Source of the DNA: an uncultured Thermodesulfobacteriota bacterium
GTDB lineage: Bacteria; Desulfobacterota; GWC2-55-46; JADFVP01
Length of the DNA: 64,000 nt
Assembly (NCBI GenBank): GCA_964510775.1
Contig: CAZEBZ010000003.1
Span: forward strand, 424 to 64,423
Direction of reading: 5' to 3'
Below the pieces are notes generated by a model that was not told the origin of the DNA, did not search any database, and worked only from the letters and a program-made list of their open reading frames with translations. A program made the translations under genes and the position numbers. Positions 29,209-39,136 of this stretch are shown here, piece by piece; the stretch's first letter is position 1, and each line of letters begins with the position of its first letter.

Positions 29209-31890
29209 ATGAGCAAGACAACAACAAAGATACCGGAGCCGCGATACGATCCCCTTGAGGTAGAAAAGAGATGGCTTGGATACTGGGAAGACTCAGGCCT
29301 TACAAGGGCCGAGGCCTCTTCAGATAAGCCCGCCTTCTCTATGGTTATACCGCCGCCAAATATCACAGGTGCGCTCCACGTAGGACACGCCCTTAACTCC
29401 ACGCTGCAGGATATACTGGCGAGATACAAGAGGATGAAGGGCTTTAACGTGCTCTGGATCCCCGGCATTGACCACGCGGGCATCGCCACGCAGAACGTCG
29501 TTGAGAGAGAGCTTGCCGCCGAGGGCACAGACCGCCACGCCACGGGCAGAGACAACTTCATCGAGCGGGTATGGCAGTGGAAACAGGAGTACGGCGATAC
29601 CATACTTAACCAGCTCTCCCGCCTTGGCGCCTCATGCGACTGGTCGCGCCTTCGCTTTACAATGGACGAGGGCCTAAGCAAGGCCGTACGCGAGGTCTTT
29701 GTCACCCTTTACTCCGAGGGCCTCATATACAGGGGTGATTATATTATCAACTGGTGTCCCCGCTGCAGGACTGCGCTATCTGACCTTGAGGTAACCTTTG
29801 AGGAGACTGACGGACACCTCTATTATATGAGATACCCCGTAATAGACCCGCCCGCAGGCTCGCCTGAGGCCATTATTGTTGCCACCACTCGTCCTGAGAC
29901 CTTGCTCGGCGATACAGCCGTAGCCGTAAACCCAGAGGACGACAGATACGCAAAGCTCATAGGCTCTAAGATAAGCCTGCCCTTTACAGAGCGTGAGATA
30001 CCGATAATAGCAGACGAGCACGTAAGTGTAGAGTTCGGCACAGGCGCCGTAAAGATTACGCCCGCCCATGACTTTGACGACTTTGATATGGGTAAAAGAC
30101 ACAACCTTGAGTCCATTACAGTAATGGATCTTGGCGGTATTATGAACGAGCAGGGCGGCAGGTTCGAGGGTCAAGACCGTCTCGATGCGAGAAAAAACAT
30201 AATTGAGGCCTTAGAGGCCGACGGACTTCTTGAGAAGACAGAGCCTCACAAACTCATGCTCGGCTCCTGCTACAGGTGCGGCACCGTCGTGGAGCCTACA
30301 CTCTCAAGGCAGTGGTTTGTAGATGTCAAACCCCTCGCAGGGCCTGCCATAAAGGCCGTTGAGAAGGGCGATGTTCGCTTTATACCGAAAAACTGGGAGA
30401 ACCTCTACTTTGACTGGATGCACAATATCCGCGACTGGTGCATCTCAAGGCAAATCTGGTGGGGACACCGCATACCTGCCTGGCACTGCGCCGATTGCTC
30501 GCACACTACTGTCGCAAAAATCGACCCCGCTGCCTGCGAAAAATGCGGGGGAAAAAATATCGAGCAGGATCACGACGTTCTGGACACATGGTTCAGCTCA
30601 GCTCTCTGGCCCTTCTCCACACTGGGCTGGCCTGATAAAACAACGGAGCTGGCGAGTTTTTACCCTACAAACGTACTCTCAACGAGTTTTGACATAATAT
30701 TTTTCTGGGTAGCGCGCATGATAATGATGGGCCTTAAATTCATGGACGAAGTACCCTTCCGTGACGTATACATACACGCCCTCATACGCGACTCCGAGGG
30801 TCAGAAGATGAGCAAGAGCAAGGGTAATGTAATCGACCCCCTTGTTATGATTGAAGAATTCGGCACTGATGCCTTCAGGTTCACCCTCGCAGTACTTGCG
30901 GCACAGGGCCGTGACATAAAGCTCGCCCCGGAGCGCATCGAGGGGTACCGCAATTTTTGCAATAAACTCTGGAACCTCACGCGCTTTACACTTATGAATA
31001 TCGACGGCCCTGTTGAGGCGCTCTCAGAAGATACACCCCTTAGCGACGCTGATAAGTGGATACTCACACGCCTCTCGGTCACAGTCTCAGGCGTTAACGA
31101 GTCCCTTGATACGTACCGCTTTGACGAGGCGGCGCGCCTGCTCTACGGCTTTGTCTGGCACGAGCTATGCGACTGGTACGTGGAATTATCCAAAAAAGAC
31201 CTTCGCGGCGAGGGCACAGCCGAGAGTAAGGCCAGCTGCCTTACTGTGCTGACTGCTGTCCTCAAAGATACTGTAAAACTCCTGCACCCATTCATGCCCT
31301 TTATTACAGAGGAGATTCACTCGTTCCTGCCCGGCGAATCCGGCTCCCTACTTGGCGAGTCCTACCCCGAGGCGGGCAGAAGGTATGAAGAAGAGGCAGC
31401 GGGCATGGAGCTTGTCATGGAGCTTATAAAGGCCGTGAGAAATATAAAGACAGATATGAACGTTAAGATTAAGACGGCCGTACCTGTGTACTGCTACTCA
31501 AAGGACAGACTCTCTCTTGAGAGTCTGAAGCAGGGGCTTCCCTATATAGAGAATCTTGCAGGCGTCTCTGAACTAATTATAAATGAATCCGGCGAGGCCC
31601 CTGCCGACTCTGTCTCGGCAAGAGCAGGCGCCGCCAACTCCCTTGTGGAGATTTTTATACCAATGGAGGGCCTTGTAGACGTAGAGGTAGAGGGACGGCG
31701 GCTGAATAAGGCCCTTGAAAAGGCAACTAAGGAGTATGAGTCTCTGGAGAAGAAACTCTCAAATCAGGCCTTTCTTGAGAGAGCGCCTGCGGCCATAGTT
31801 GATAAAGAGAGGGCAAAACTAAAGGAGCTTCTGGAAAAAAAATCCAGCATCGAGGCTGGTCTAAGACGCCTCGGCCCCAAGAGGGCTTAA
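29209..31890 (+). CDS. valS: Valine--tRNA ligase
   Basis: PPPNITGALHVGHALNSTLQD (HIGH motif), KMSKSKGNVIDP (KMSKS motif) and a C-terminal coiled-coil tRNA-binding arm. AGGAAAAGGA lies upstream. Confidence 0.97.
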   Translation: MSKTTTKIPEPRYDPLEVEKRWLGYWEDSGLTRAEASSDKPAFSMVIPPPNITGALHVGHALNSTLQDILARYKRMKGFNVLWIPGIDHAGIATQNVVERELAAEGTDRHATGRDNFIERVWQWKQEYGDTILNQLSRLGASCDWSRLRFTMDEGLSKAVREVFVTLYSEGLIYRGDYIINWCPRCRTALSDLEVTFEETDGHLYYMRYPVIDPPAGSPEAIIVATTRPETLLGDTAVAVNPEDDRYAKLIGSKISLPFTEREIPIIADEHVSVEFGTGAVKITPAHDFDDFDMGKRHNLESITVMDLGGIMNEQGGRFEGQDRLDARKNIIEALEADGLLEKTEPHKLMLGSCYRCGTVVEPTLSRQWFVDVKPLAGPAIKAVEKGDVRFIPKNWENLYFDWMHNIRDWCISRQIWWGHRIPAWHCADCSHTTVAKIDPAACEKCGGKNIEQDHDVLDTWFSSALWPFSTLGWPDKTTELASFYPTNVLSTSFDIIFFWVARMIMMGLKFMDEVPFRDVYIHALIRDSEGQKMSKSKGNVIDPLVMIEEFGTDAFRFTLAVLAAQGRDIKLAPERIEGYRNFCNKLWNLTRFTLMNIDGPVEALSEDTPLSDADKWILTRLSVTVSGVNESLDTYRFDEAARLLYGFVWHELCDWYVELSKKDLRGEGTAESKASCLTVLTAVLKDTVKLLHPFMPFITEEIHSFLPGESGSLLGESYPEAGRRYEEEAAGMELVMELIKAVRNIKTDMNVKIKTAVPVYCYSKDRLSLESLKQGLPYIENLAGVSELIINESGEAPADSVSARAGAANSLVEIFIPMEGLVDVEVEGRRLNKALEKATKEYESLEKKLSNQAFLERAPAAIVDKERAKLKELLEKKSSIEAGLRRLGPKRA

Positions 31891-31959
31891 TTTGAACTTA
31901 ACGCGCTATTTTCAGAGAAAAAAACTATAACCGCAAGACAATCAACAGACTCAGGAGTC

Positions 31960-32820
31960 ATGAAAAGTCTCATTAAGGAGAGCAGGGCCCTTATAAAGGC
32001 CGCCCTTGCCGAGGACATAGGCACAGGAGACATAACCACAGCGGCAACTGTACCTGCGAGAAAAAAAGGCCGCGCCCGCATTATCGCCAAAGAAGACCTC
32101 GTGCTTGCCGGCCTATTTCTTGTTAAAGAGGTATTCAGCCAGCTTGATAAGGGAATAAGTATAACTACCCTAAAAGAAGACGGCGAAGGGATAAAAAAAG
32201 GCCGCACCATTGCCCTCTTAAGGGGCCCTCTCGCACCTCTGCTTACAGGCGAGCGCGTGGCCCTTAATATCCTTGCCCGCCTAAGCGGCATAGCCACTAT
32301 GACCGCGGCCTTTGTAGAGAAGGCACCAGAAGTCGCTGTCCTTGATACAAGAAAGACAACGCCTTGCCTTCGCTCCTTCGAGCGTTACGCCGTAAGTATT
32401 GGCGGCGGAATTAACCACCGAAGCGGCCTCTATGACGCCGTGCTCATAAAAGACAATCACATAAAAGCCGCTGGAAGCATAACAACGGCCATAAAAAAAG
32501 CCCGTAAATACTGCGGCTCTAAGGCGGTTATAGAGGTTGAGACAACTACCTTAAAAGAGACTAAAGAAGCCCTTGCAGCTGGGACAGATATTATACTCCT
32601 TGATAACATGGATGCTTCGAAGATAAAAAAAGCCGTGGTAATTATCGGCGGCAGGGCCTTAAGTGAGGTATCAGGGGGCGTTAACCTCGCTAACATAAAG
32701 GAGTACGCCGCCACGGGCGTAGACCGCATCTCAGTTGGGGCGCTAACGCACTCGGCGCCATCAGTTGATATAAGCATGAAGGTAATAGACAGCAATGGCA
32801 GGGAAAAAAACAGAGGGTGA
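31960..32820 (+). CDS. nadC: Nicotinate-nucleotide pyrophosphorylase (carboxylating)
   Basis: 286 aa with LLRGPLAPLLTGERVALNILARLSGIAT and the C-terminal TIM-barrel motifs of quinolinate phosphoribosyltransferase. Confidence 0.93.
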   Translation: MKSLIKESRALIKAALAEDIGTGDITTAATVPARKKGRARIIAKEDLVLAGLFLVKEVFSQLDKGISITTLKEDGEGIKKGRTIALLRGPLAPLLTGERVALNILARLSGIATMTAAFVEKAPEVAVLDTRKTTPCLRSFERYAVSIGGGINHRSGLYDAVLIKDNHIKAAGSITTAIKKARKYCGSKAVIEVETTTLKETKEALAAGTDIILLDNMDASKIKKAVVIIGGRALSEVSGGVNLANIKEYAATGVDRISVGALTHSAPSVDISMKVIDSNGREKNRG

Positions 32821-33781
32821 GATACTGCGCCGTCTCCAGAGCCCGCAGGGCGCCTTTATCTCCGGTGAGACCCTCGCCGCAGAGCTTGGCATATCCCGCA
32901 CCGCTATATGGAAGCGTATAAGAAGCCTTAAATCAGAGGGTTTTCCCATAATAGCCCTGCCATCAAAGGGCTACCGCCTGAGCGCGCCCATAGAGCCCTT
33001 TAACGAGACGAGCATATCAGCGGGGCTGACCACAGAGTTCATCGGACAAAAAATTCATTTTTTTAATACCCTCTCATCTACTAACGAAAAAGCTACTCAT
33101 CTCGCGCAGGCAGGCGAGGACGAGGGCAGTGTTGTTGTCTGCGACTCTCAATCCAATGGACGGGGCAGACTGGGACGAAGCTGGTCCAGTCCGCCGGGAG
33201 TAAACCTCTATACCTCTATAATCCTTCGCCCGCAGCTAACGGCCCATGAGCTGCAGGGTTTTACACTGCTTGCCGCCGTAGCCGTAGCCGAGACAATTGC
33301 GGGCTACTGTAAAAAAGCGCCTGCCGTAAAATGGCCTAACGACGTCCTCATAGACTCAAAAAAAGTAGCGGGTATACTCATGGAGATGCATACAGAGGGC
33401 GAGATGGCCCGTTTTGTCATCGTGGGCATTGGAGTAAATCTCAACATAGACCCGACTCTGCTGCCGCCCCCTGTAAGAGATCTGGCTACCTCTATTAAAA
33501 ATGAGAACAACGCCGCCGTAAAAAGAGCTGACTTTGCGCGCGCCCTCTTTCTCACTTTTGAGTTCTGGTATAAGACCTTTTTAAATAAGGGACTTTCCGC
33601 TATAATAGATGCTTGGCGCAGTCACTTCACTGCAGAGGGAAAAGACGTAACGATTCGCTCTTTTGATAAGACAATAAAAGGGATATGCCTCGGCATAGAC
33701 AGCTCGGGCGCACTTCTCATACGAGACTACAGTGGAGAGACAAAAAAAATCCTCTCCGGCGACCTTATAAGAGGCGCCTAA
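32795..33781 (+). CDS. birA: Bifunctional biotin--[acetyl-CoA-carboxylase] ligase and transcriptional repressor BirA
   Basis: N-terminal HTH (ISGETLAAELGISRTAIWKRIRSLKSEG), catalytic GRGRLGRSW and KWPNDVL motifs, and a C-terminal SH3-like domain. It overlaps nadC. Confidence 0.93.
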   Translation: MAGKKTEGEILRRLQSPQGAFISGETLAAELGISRTAIWKRIRSLKSEGFPIIALPSKGYRLSAPIEPFNETSISAGLTTEFIGQKIHFFNTLSSTNEKATHLAQAGEDEGSVVVCDSQSNGRGRLGRSWSSPPGVNLYTSIILRPQLTAHELQGFTLLAAVAVAETIAGYCKKAPAVKWPNDVLIDSKKVAGILMEMHTEGEMARFVIVGIGVNLNIDPTLLPPPVRDLATSIKNENNAAVKRADFARALFLTFEFWYKTFLNKGLSAIIDAWRSHFTAEGKDVTIRSFDKTIKGICLGIDSSGALLIRDYSGETKKILSGDLIRGA

Positions 33782-33832
33782 GACCGCCTTTACTCAAGAG
33801 CAGAGAGTATTTCGTGAGAAGGAGAAAAGAAA

Positions 33833-34606
33833 ATTAAAAAACTTCTTACCGTTGACATAGGCAACAGCGAGACCGTACTCGGTCTCTTCGAGGGCAATGC
33901 CCTCACCCTCCACTGGAGGTTCAGCACAGTAAGACAGAGAACTACTGACGAGTTATTTATTATGCTAAGCGGCCTCTTCTCCTCAGTGGATATTAGGGCC
34001 GCGGATATTGAAGGGGCCGTTATCTGCTCCGTAGTACCGCCTGTGGATAAGGAGATTAAAGAGGCCCTCGGCCGCCTTCTTGATAAAGAGGTAAACTTTG
34101 TAGGCGAGGATATTACCGTCGCCATGCCTGTCATAACGGATAACCCCCATGAAGTGGGGGCAGACAGGATTGTAAACGCCGTCGCAGCCCACGCCCTTTT
34201 CAAGGGCGCCGCCATAATAGTGGATTTTGGCACTGCCATTACAGTAGACCTTGTTACCGACAAGGGCGAGTACGCAGGCGGGGCCATCGCGCCTGGCGTA
34301 GGCATCTCCACAGAGGCCCTCTTCACACGCACAGCTCTCTTACCTCGCGTGGAGCTGAAGAGGCCCGCACACGTACTTGGCACAAATACTATAGAGGCCA
34401 TTCAGAGCGGTATTTATTACGGATTCTCCGGTCTTGTCGACGGGATAATAAAGGGTATTATAGAGGAGTACGGCTCAAGGCCGCCCGTTGTGGCCACAGG
34501 CGGGCTCTCAGGGGCTTTTAGAGGTGGAAGCGAGTTCATTACGGATATGGACGAGTTTCTCACACTCAAAGGACTTAACCTCATATATAAAGGAAGGGCG
34601 CAGTGA
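33833..34606 (+). CDS. coaX: Type III pantothenate kinase
   Basis: The CoaX N-terminal motif LLTVDIGNSETVLGLF is in frame upstream of the first ATG (33962). No ATG/GTG/TTG start is available after the in-frame stop at 33812, so an ATT start (33833, 12 nt after AGGAG) or a sequencing error is implied. The downstream motifs are GADRIVNAVAA and VVATGGLS. Confidence 0.8.
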   Translation: MKKLLTVDIGNSETVLGLFEGNALTLHWRFSTVRQRTTDELFIMLSGLFSSVDIRAADIEGAVICSVVPPVDKEIKEALGRLLDKEVNFVGEDITVAMPVITDNPHEVGADRIVNAVAAHALFKGAAIIVDFGTAITVDLVTDKGEYAGGAIAPGVGISTEALFTRTALLPRVELKRPAHVLGTNTIEAIQSGIYYGFSGLVDGIIKGIIEEYGSRPPVVATGGLSGAFRGGSEFITDMDEFLTLKGLNLIYKGRAQ

Positions 34607-35055
34607 GTAAAGAAGAAGCCAGTAAATACTTTGCCGAGGGCATACGGCTCATGCAGAAAGAACGCCTCGACCGTGCCATGAGGGCCTTTGGCAAGGCCCA
34701 CAGAGAGGATAGGAACAACCCCTCCTATATGTCCTATTACGGGCTCACAAAGGCCCTTAAGGGCGGAGATATCGGCTTTGGCATAGACCTCTGTACAAAG
34801 GCCATAAAAAAAGAGTTCTCAAGGGCCGAGTTTTACTTAAACCTCGGAAAAGTCTATCTCTCAGTAAATAATACAAAAGGCGCCATAAATATCTTCAAGA
34901 AGGGGATAAAGTTCGAACCCGGCAACAAAGAGCTGAAAAAGCACCTCTCTGAGCTTGGCATAACCAAACCATCGGGACAACCCATGGTTGAGGACAAGGT
35001 AAAATCAGGGGGGTTTTTCTCAAGACTCTTCAAGGGTTTAGTAGGAGGCCGTTAA
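34603..35055 (+). CDS. Small tetratricopeptide-repeat protein
   Basis: 150 aa with TPR-like helices (ASKYFAEGIRLMQKERLDRAMRAFGKA... AEFYLNLGKVYLSVNNTKGAINIFKKGIKFEP). Confidence 0.6.
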   Translation: MSKEEASKYFAEGIRLMQKERLDRAMRAFGKAHREDRNNPSYMSYYGLTKALKGGDIGFGIDLCTKAIKKEFSRAEFYLNLGKVYLSVNNTKGAINIFKKGIKFEPGNKELKKHLSELGITKPSGQPMVEDKVKSGGFFSRLFKGLVGGR

Positions 35056-35095
35056 ATCTGAGTAATACCCGTAAGAGGGTGTAGAGGAGGCTGGC

Positions 35096-37189
35096 ATGAG
35101 TAATGACATAGGACAAAAGAGAAACATCGCCGTAATAGCCCACGGCGGAGCCGGTAAGACCACCCTCTGCGAGGCCATGCTCTTTGGCTCCGGTGCCGTT
35201 AAACACCTCGGCAGCGTAGACAAGGGCAACTCCCACTTTGACTTTGAGGCTGAAGAAAAAAAGAGAAAGATAAGTATTACCTCAAGCATCCATCACTACA
35301 GCTGGAAGGGCGAGAGGGTAAATATAATTGATACACCAGGGTACTCTAACTTTCTCGCAGAGACTCGCGGCGCTCTCCGCGTCACAGGCGGCGCCGTTGT
35401 TATAGTAAGCGCCATCTCAGGAGTAAAGGTAGCGACTGAACGGCTCTGGAGTTATGCCGATGATCACGAGATATCAAGAATCGCCTTTGTTAACAAGATG
35501 GATAGAGAGCGGGCAAACTTCTTTCGCGCCATTGACGACCTTGAGCATGTACTTGGCGTACGGGGCGTGGCCATGGAGCTGCCCATAGGCAGCGGCGCGG
35601 ACTTTACGGGAGTAATAGACCTGCTCACAATGAAGGCCTACTATTACAGAGATGACTTAACAGGCGCTTTTGATATAAGAGATATTCCAGAAGAGCTAAG
35701 CGATGAGGCGCAGAGGCTTCGCCAGGTCATGATAGAGTGCATAGTAGAGTCTGATGATGCTCTCCTTGAAAGATACCTTGATGGTGAGGCGCTTTCGACA
35801 GATGAACTTGGGGCTGCGCTTCGAGAAGGTACGCTTACGAAAAAATTCGTCCCTGTTTACGCGGGCTCTGCCAGTAAGAACTTCGGCGTAAACCTCCTTA
35901 TGGACGCTGTTAATACGTGCCTGCCCTCACCTGCCGACAAGGGCGCCATAAAGGGGCACGCAAGAGGCACAGATCCTGAGACAGGCGAGACTATCTTAAG
36001 AGAGCCCGAGGCATCGGCCCCCTTCTCGGCCCTTGTATTCAAGACCCTCATCGACCCCTACACAGGAAAACTCTCGGCCCTTCGCGTATACTCAGGCGCC
36101 ATTACACCTGGCTCCGTTATAATCAACTCCTGTACGGGAACAAAAGAAAAGATCTCTCACATATACGCAATTGAGGGTAAAGAGATAAAAGAAGTCTCAA
36201 AGGCCGAGGCAGGCGACATCGTAACTCTTGCAAAGCTCAAAGACACCTCTACAGGAGATACGCTTTGCGCCGCAGATGCGCAGGTTGTCTTTGACGGCGA
36301 GGCTCGGCCCGCCACAGTACTCTCCTATGCCATACATGCCAAGACCAAGAGCGATGAGGATAAGCTCTCAGTTGCGCTCTCAAAGCTTATGGAAGAGGAC
36401 ATGGCCCTGGACTTCAGACGTGACAAGCAGACAAAGGAGTTCGTAATCGCCGGTGCGGGACAGATGCACCTTGAGGCCAGCGTAGACAAACTCCGGCGCA
36501 AATACCACTGCGAGGTTGAGCTCAAGGCCCCGCGTACACCTTATAAAGAGACAATACTAAAGAGCGCCAAGGTGCAGGGTAAGTACAAAAAGCAGTCCGG
36601 GGGCCACGGCCAGTACGGTGACACATGGCTGGAGCTAAGGCCGCTATCGCGCGGCGAGGGCTTTCGTTTTGTGAACAGCATTAAGGGCGGCGTCATACCG
36701 CGCCAGTTCATACCTGCAGTGGAAAAGGGTATAAAAGAGGCCATGGAGGCGGGGATACTCGCGGGTTTTCCCGTTGAAGACGTAGAGGTCGAGCTTGTAG
36801 ACGGCTCTTTTCACTCCGTAGATTCATCGGAGATGGCCTTCAAGATAGCCGCTGCCATGGGTTTTAGAGATGCCATGGCAAAATGCGGACCCATTATCCT
36901 CGAGCCTTTAATGAATATGAAGATAGTCGTACCCGCTGATAAGCTCGGAGATGTTATCGGAGATATTAACTCAAGAAGGGGTAAGATATTAGGGGCGGAA
37001 CCTACTGCGGGCAGTCAGACAATCAGGGCCCTTGTGCCCATGGCCGAGGTAGTTACCTACGCGCCGGAGCTTCGCGGCATGACAGGGGACCGCGGTATGT
37101 TTACAATGGAATTCTCCCATTATGAGAAAGTGCCGGCATATCTTAGCCAGAAAGTCATCGCCGCGGCGAGCGGCGGCAAAGAAGACTGA
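35096..37189 (+). CDS. Elongation factor G family GTPase (EF-G paralog, not in an str operon)
   Basis: G1 motif AHGGAGKTT, DTPGYSNF, NKMD, and EF-G domains II-V. It is isolated from the rpsL/rpsG/tuf context, so it is likely an EF-G2-type paralog. Confidence 0.9.
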   Translation: MSNDIGQKRNIAVIAHGGAGKTTLCEAMLFGSGAVKHLGSVDKGNSHFDFEAEEKKRKISITSSIHHYSWKGERVNIIDTPGYSNFLAETRGALRVTGGAVVIVSAISGVKVATERLWSYADDHEISRIAFVNKMDRERANFFRAIDDLEHVLGVRGVAMELPIGSGADFTGVIDLLTMKAYYYRDDLTGAFDIRDIPEELSDEAQRLRQVMIECIVESDDALLERYLDGEALSTDELGAALREGTLTKKFVPVYAGSASKNFGVNLLMDAVNTCLPSPADKGAIKGHARGTDPETGETILREPEASAPFSALVFKTLIDPYTGKLSALRVYSGAITPGSVIINSCTGTKEKISHIYAIEGKEIKEVSKAEAGDIVTLAKLKDTSTGDTLCAADAQVVFDGEARPATVLSYAIHAKTKSDEDKLSVALSKLMEEDMALDFRRDKQTKEFVIAGAGQMHLEASVDKLRRKYHCEVELKAPRTPYKETILKSAKVQGKYKKQSGGHGQYGDTWLELRPLSRGEGFRFVNSIKGGVIPRQFIPAVEKGIKEAMEAGILAGFPVEDVEVELVDGSFHSVDSSEMAFKIAAAMGFRDAMAKCGPIILEPLMNMKIVVPADKLGDVIGDINSRRGKILGAEPTAGSQTIRALVPMAEVVTYAPELRGMTGDRGMFTMEFSHYEKVPAYLSQKVIAAASGGKED

Positions 37190-37204
37190 AGAAGGCGGAC
37201 TCCC

Positions 37205-38203
37205 ATGAGGATTAAGAAGAGTCTCCTGAAATTTATCTCACCTGCGAGTGAGCCTCAACAGAGGCTTAACTCGGCAAGGCGCAACGGAGCGGAGTTTCTG
37301 ACCCTATCACCGTCAGATCAGGTCACTTTGCTCTTTGTACTCTCACATGACAGAGATGAGAATGTTGCAGCCGCCGCTTATGAGACACTCGCAGGGGCAG
37401 ATGCCGATTTTATACAAGAAGCCCTTGGCCAGAGACTCAACAACCTTGTCTTAAGAGACCTTTTTGTACGCTTTTACGACAGCGCCTCTGTGCTAAGGGC
37501 GATACTTGGCAACAAAGGCCTTGATGAGGGCCTTGCCCGTACAATAGCAAAATCTGGGTCTCAGGATATTCTCAATATCCTGGAAAAAGATCCCTCAATA
37601 ATTAAGAGAGTTCCCGCCATCATAGATGGGGCAAAAGAAAACCCCCTGGCAGGGGCGGACTTAATCAGGAGATTGGAGTCCGCGGCAGGGGAGCTTATAG
37701 AGGCTCAAGCAAGGGGGGAGACAACTGCCGCTTCTGAAGAAGAATCCATCACCGAGATTATAGCCCAGGGCGACGACTTTGACAGCGACAGATTCAACGT
37801 CTATCAGGCAATATGCAATATGACGGCAGGGGAGAAGATAAAACTCGCCCATACAGGCGACAGGTCTGTAAGAAACCTTCTCATAAAAGACAAGAACAGG
37901 ATAGTAGCCCTCTCTGTGATGCAAAACCCGAAACTCACTGAGCAGGAAGTCGTACGTGTAGCCTCTTCAACGAATACCTCAGAGGAGATTCTACGAGACA
38001 TTAGCAACTCAAGAGAGTGGATGAAGAGTTACAATATAAAGCTTGCCATAGTGCAGAACGCACGTACGCCGCTGGCCTCTTCGCTAAAATTCATCGATTA
38101 TATCCGCGAGCGGGACTTAAAGAATCTTGCCAGAAGCAAAGGCATTCCCGGAGCCCTTAAGAGCGCTGCCGAGAGAAAACTTCAACAGAAGACAAGGCGT
38201 TAA
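37205..38203 (+). CDS. Hypothetical alpha-helical protein
   Basis: 332 aa with no recognisable motif. It starts 16 bp downstream of the EF-G paralog, so it is probably co-transcribed. Confidence 0.45.
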   Translation: MRIKKSLLKFISPASEPQQRLNSARRNGAEFLTLSPSDQVTLLFVLSHDRDENVAAAAYETLAGADADFIQEALGQRLNNLVLRDLFVRFYDSASVLRAILGNKGLDEGLARTIAKSGSQDILNILEKDPSIIKRVPAIIDGAKENPLAGADLIRRLESAAGELIEAQARGETTAASEEESITEIIAQGDDFDSDRFNVYQAICNMTAGEKIKLAHTGDRSVRNLLIKDKNRIVALSVMQNPKLTEQEVVRVASSTNTSEEILRDISNSREWMKSYNIKLAIVQNARTPLASSLKFIDYIRERDLKNLARSKGIPGALKSAAERKLQQKTRR

Positions 38204-38236
38204 TCAAAGCCCTTGTATAGAGAGGATCTTAAAAAT

Positions 38237-39085
38237 ATGTCATTAGGCTGCCATGTATCAACGGCCGGCGGGCTGTACAAGTCCGTGGAAAGAGCGAAGG
38301 AAGCGGGCTGCAGCGCCTTTCAGATATTCGCCCGTAATCCTCGCTCCTGGCAGGTGCGCCCCCTTGACGAAGAAGCGGCAAAGAGGTTTATATCGCTACG
38401 TGAAGAGTCGGAGCTATGGCCCCTTGTGGTGCATACCTCATATCTAATCAACCTCTCTTCGCCTGATGAGGTGATATTTTCTAAATCACTCAACCTCTTC
38501 AAGGAGGAGTTATCTCTTGCCGAGCTGCTTCGCGCCGAGTACCTTGTAACACACCTTGGGAGTCCAAAGGGTAATGGCAAGGCCTTTGCCATGGAACAGG
38601 TAAAAAAAGCCCTTAAAGGTGTAAAAGATGCCGAGATAAACAAAAAAACAACTATTTTATTTGAGAACAGCGCACATAAAGGCATGACAGGCGATGACCT
38701 CGGTGAGATTGGAGACATGATAGAGGCGGCGCATGGCGAGGGATTACTCGCCGGCATGTGCTTTGATACCTGTCACGGCTTTTCCGCAGGTCTTCCCTTA
38801 ACGAATAAGGCAGATGCTGTCAGACTCGCGGCAGCCATTAAGAAAGCAGTAGGCACCGAGGGGCTTCGCCTCATTCACCTTAACGACTCAAAGGGCGAGG
38901 CAGGTTCAGGCATAGACAGACACGCCAACATCGGAGAAGGCCAGATTGGGAATAAGGCTCTAAAGGCCTTCTTAAACGCAGAGGGCATTAAGGGCGTACC
39001 CGTTATCCTTGAGACGCCTCAAAAAGAAGAAGGCGATGAGATAAAAAATCTAAGGGCCGCAAGAAGACTTATCGGCAAGAGATAA
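38237..39085 (+). CDS. nfo: Deoxyribonuclease IV (endonuclease IV, AP endonuclease family 2)
   Basis: The start is taken at MSLGCHVSTAGG (the canonical Nfo start). The TIM-barrel metal ligands are VVHTSYLINL, HLG, FENSAH, DTCH and IHLNDSK. Confidence 0.9.
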   Translation: MSLGCHVSTAGGLYKSVERAKEAGCSAFQIFARNPRSWQVRPLDEEAAKRFISLREESELWPLVVHTSYLINLSSPDEVIFSKSLNLFKEELSLAELLRAEYLVTHLGSPKGNGKAFAMEQVKKALKGVKDAEINKKTTILFENSAHKGMTGDDLGEIGDMIEAAHGEGLLAGMCFDTCHGFSAGLPLTNKADAVRLAAAIKKAVGTEGLRLIHLNDSKGEAGSGIDRHANIGEGQIGNKALKAFLNAEGIKGVPVILETPQKEEGDEIKNLRAARRLIGKR

Positions 39086-39136
39086 TGGCCGAGAGCTGAT
39101 ATTAATAAGCGTACAAAAATCGTGGAGGAGTGAAAA

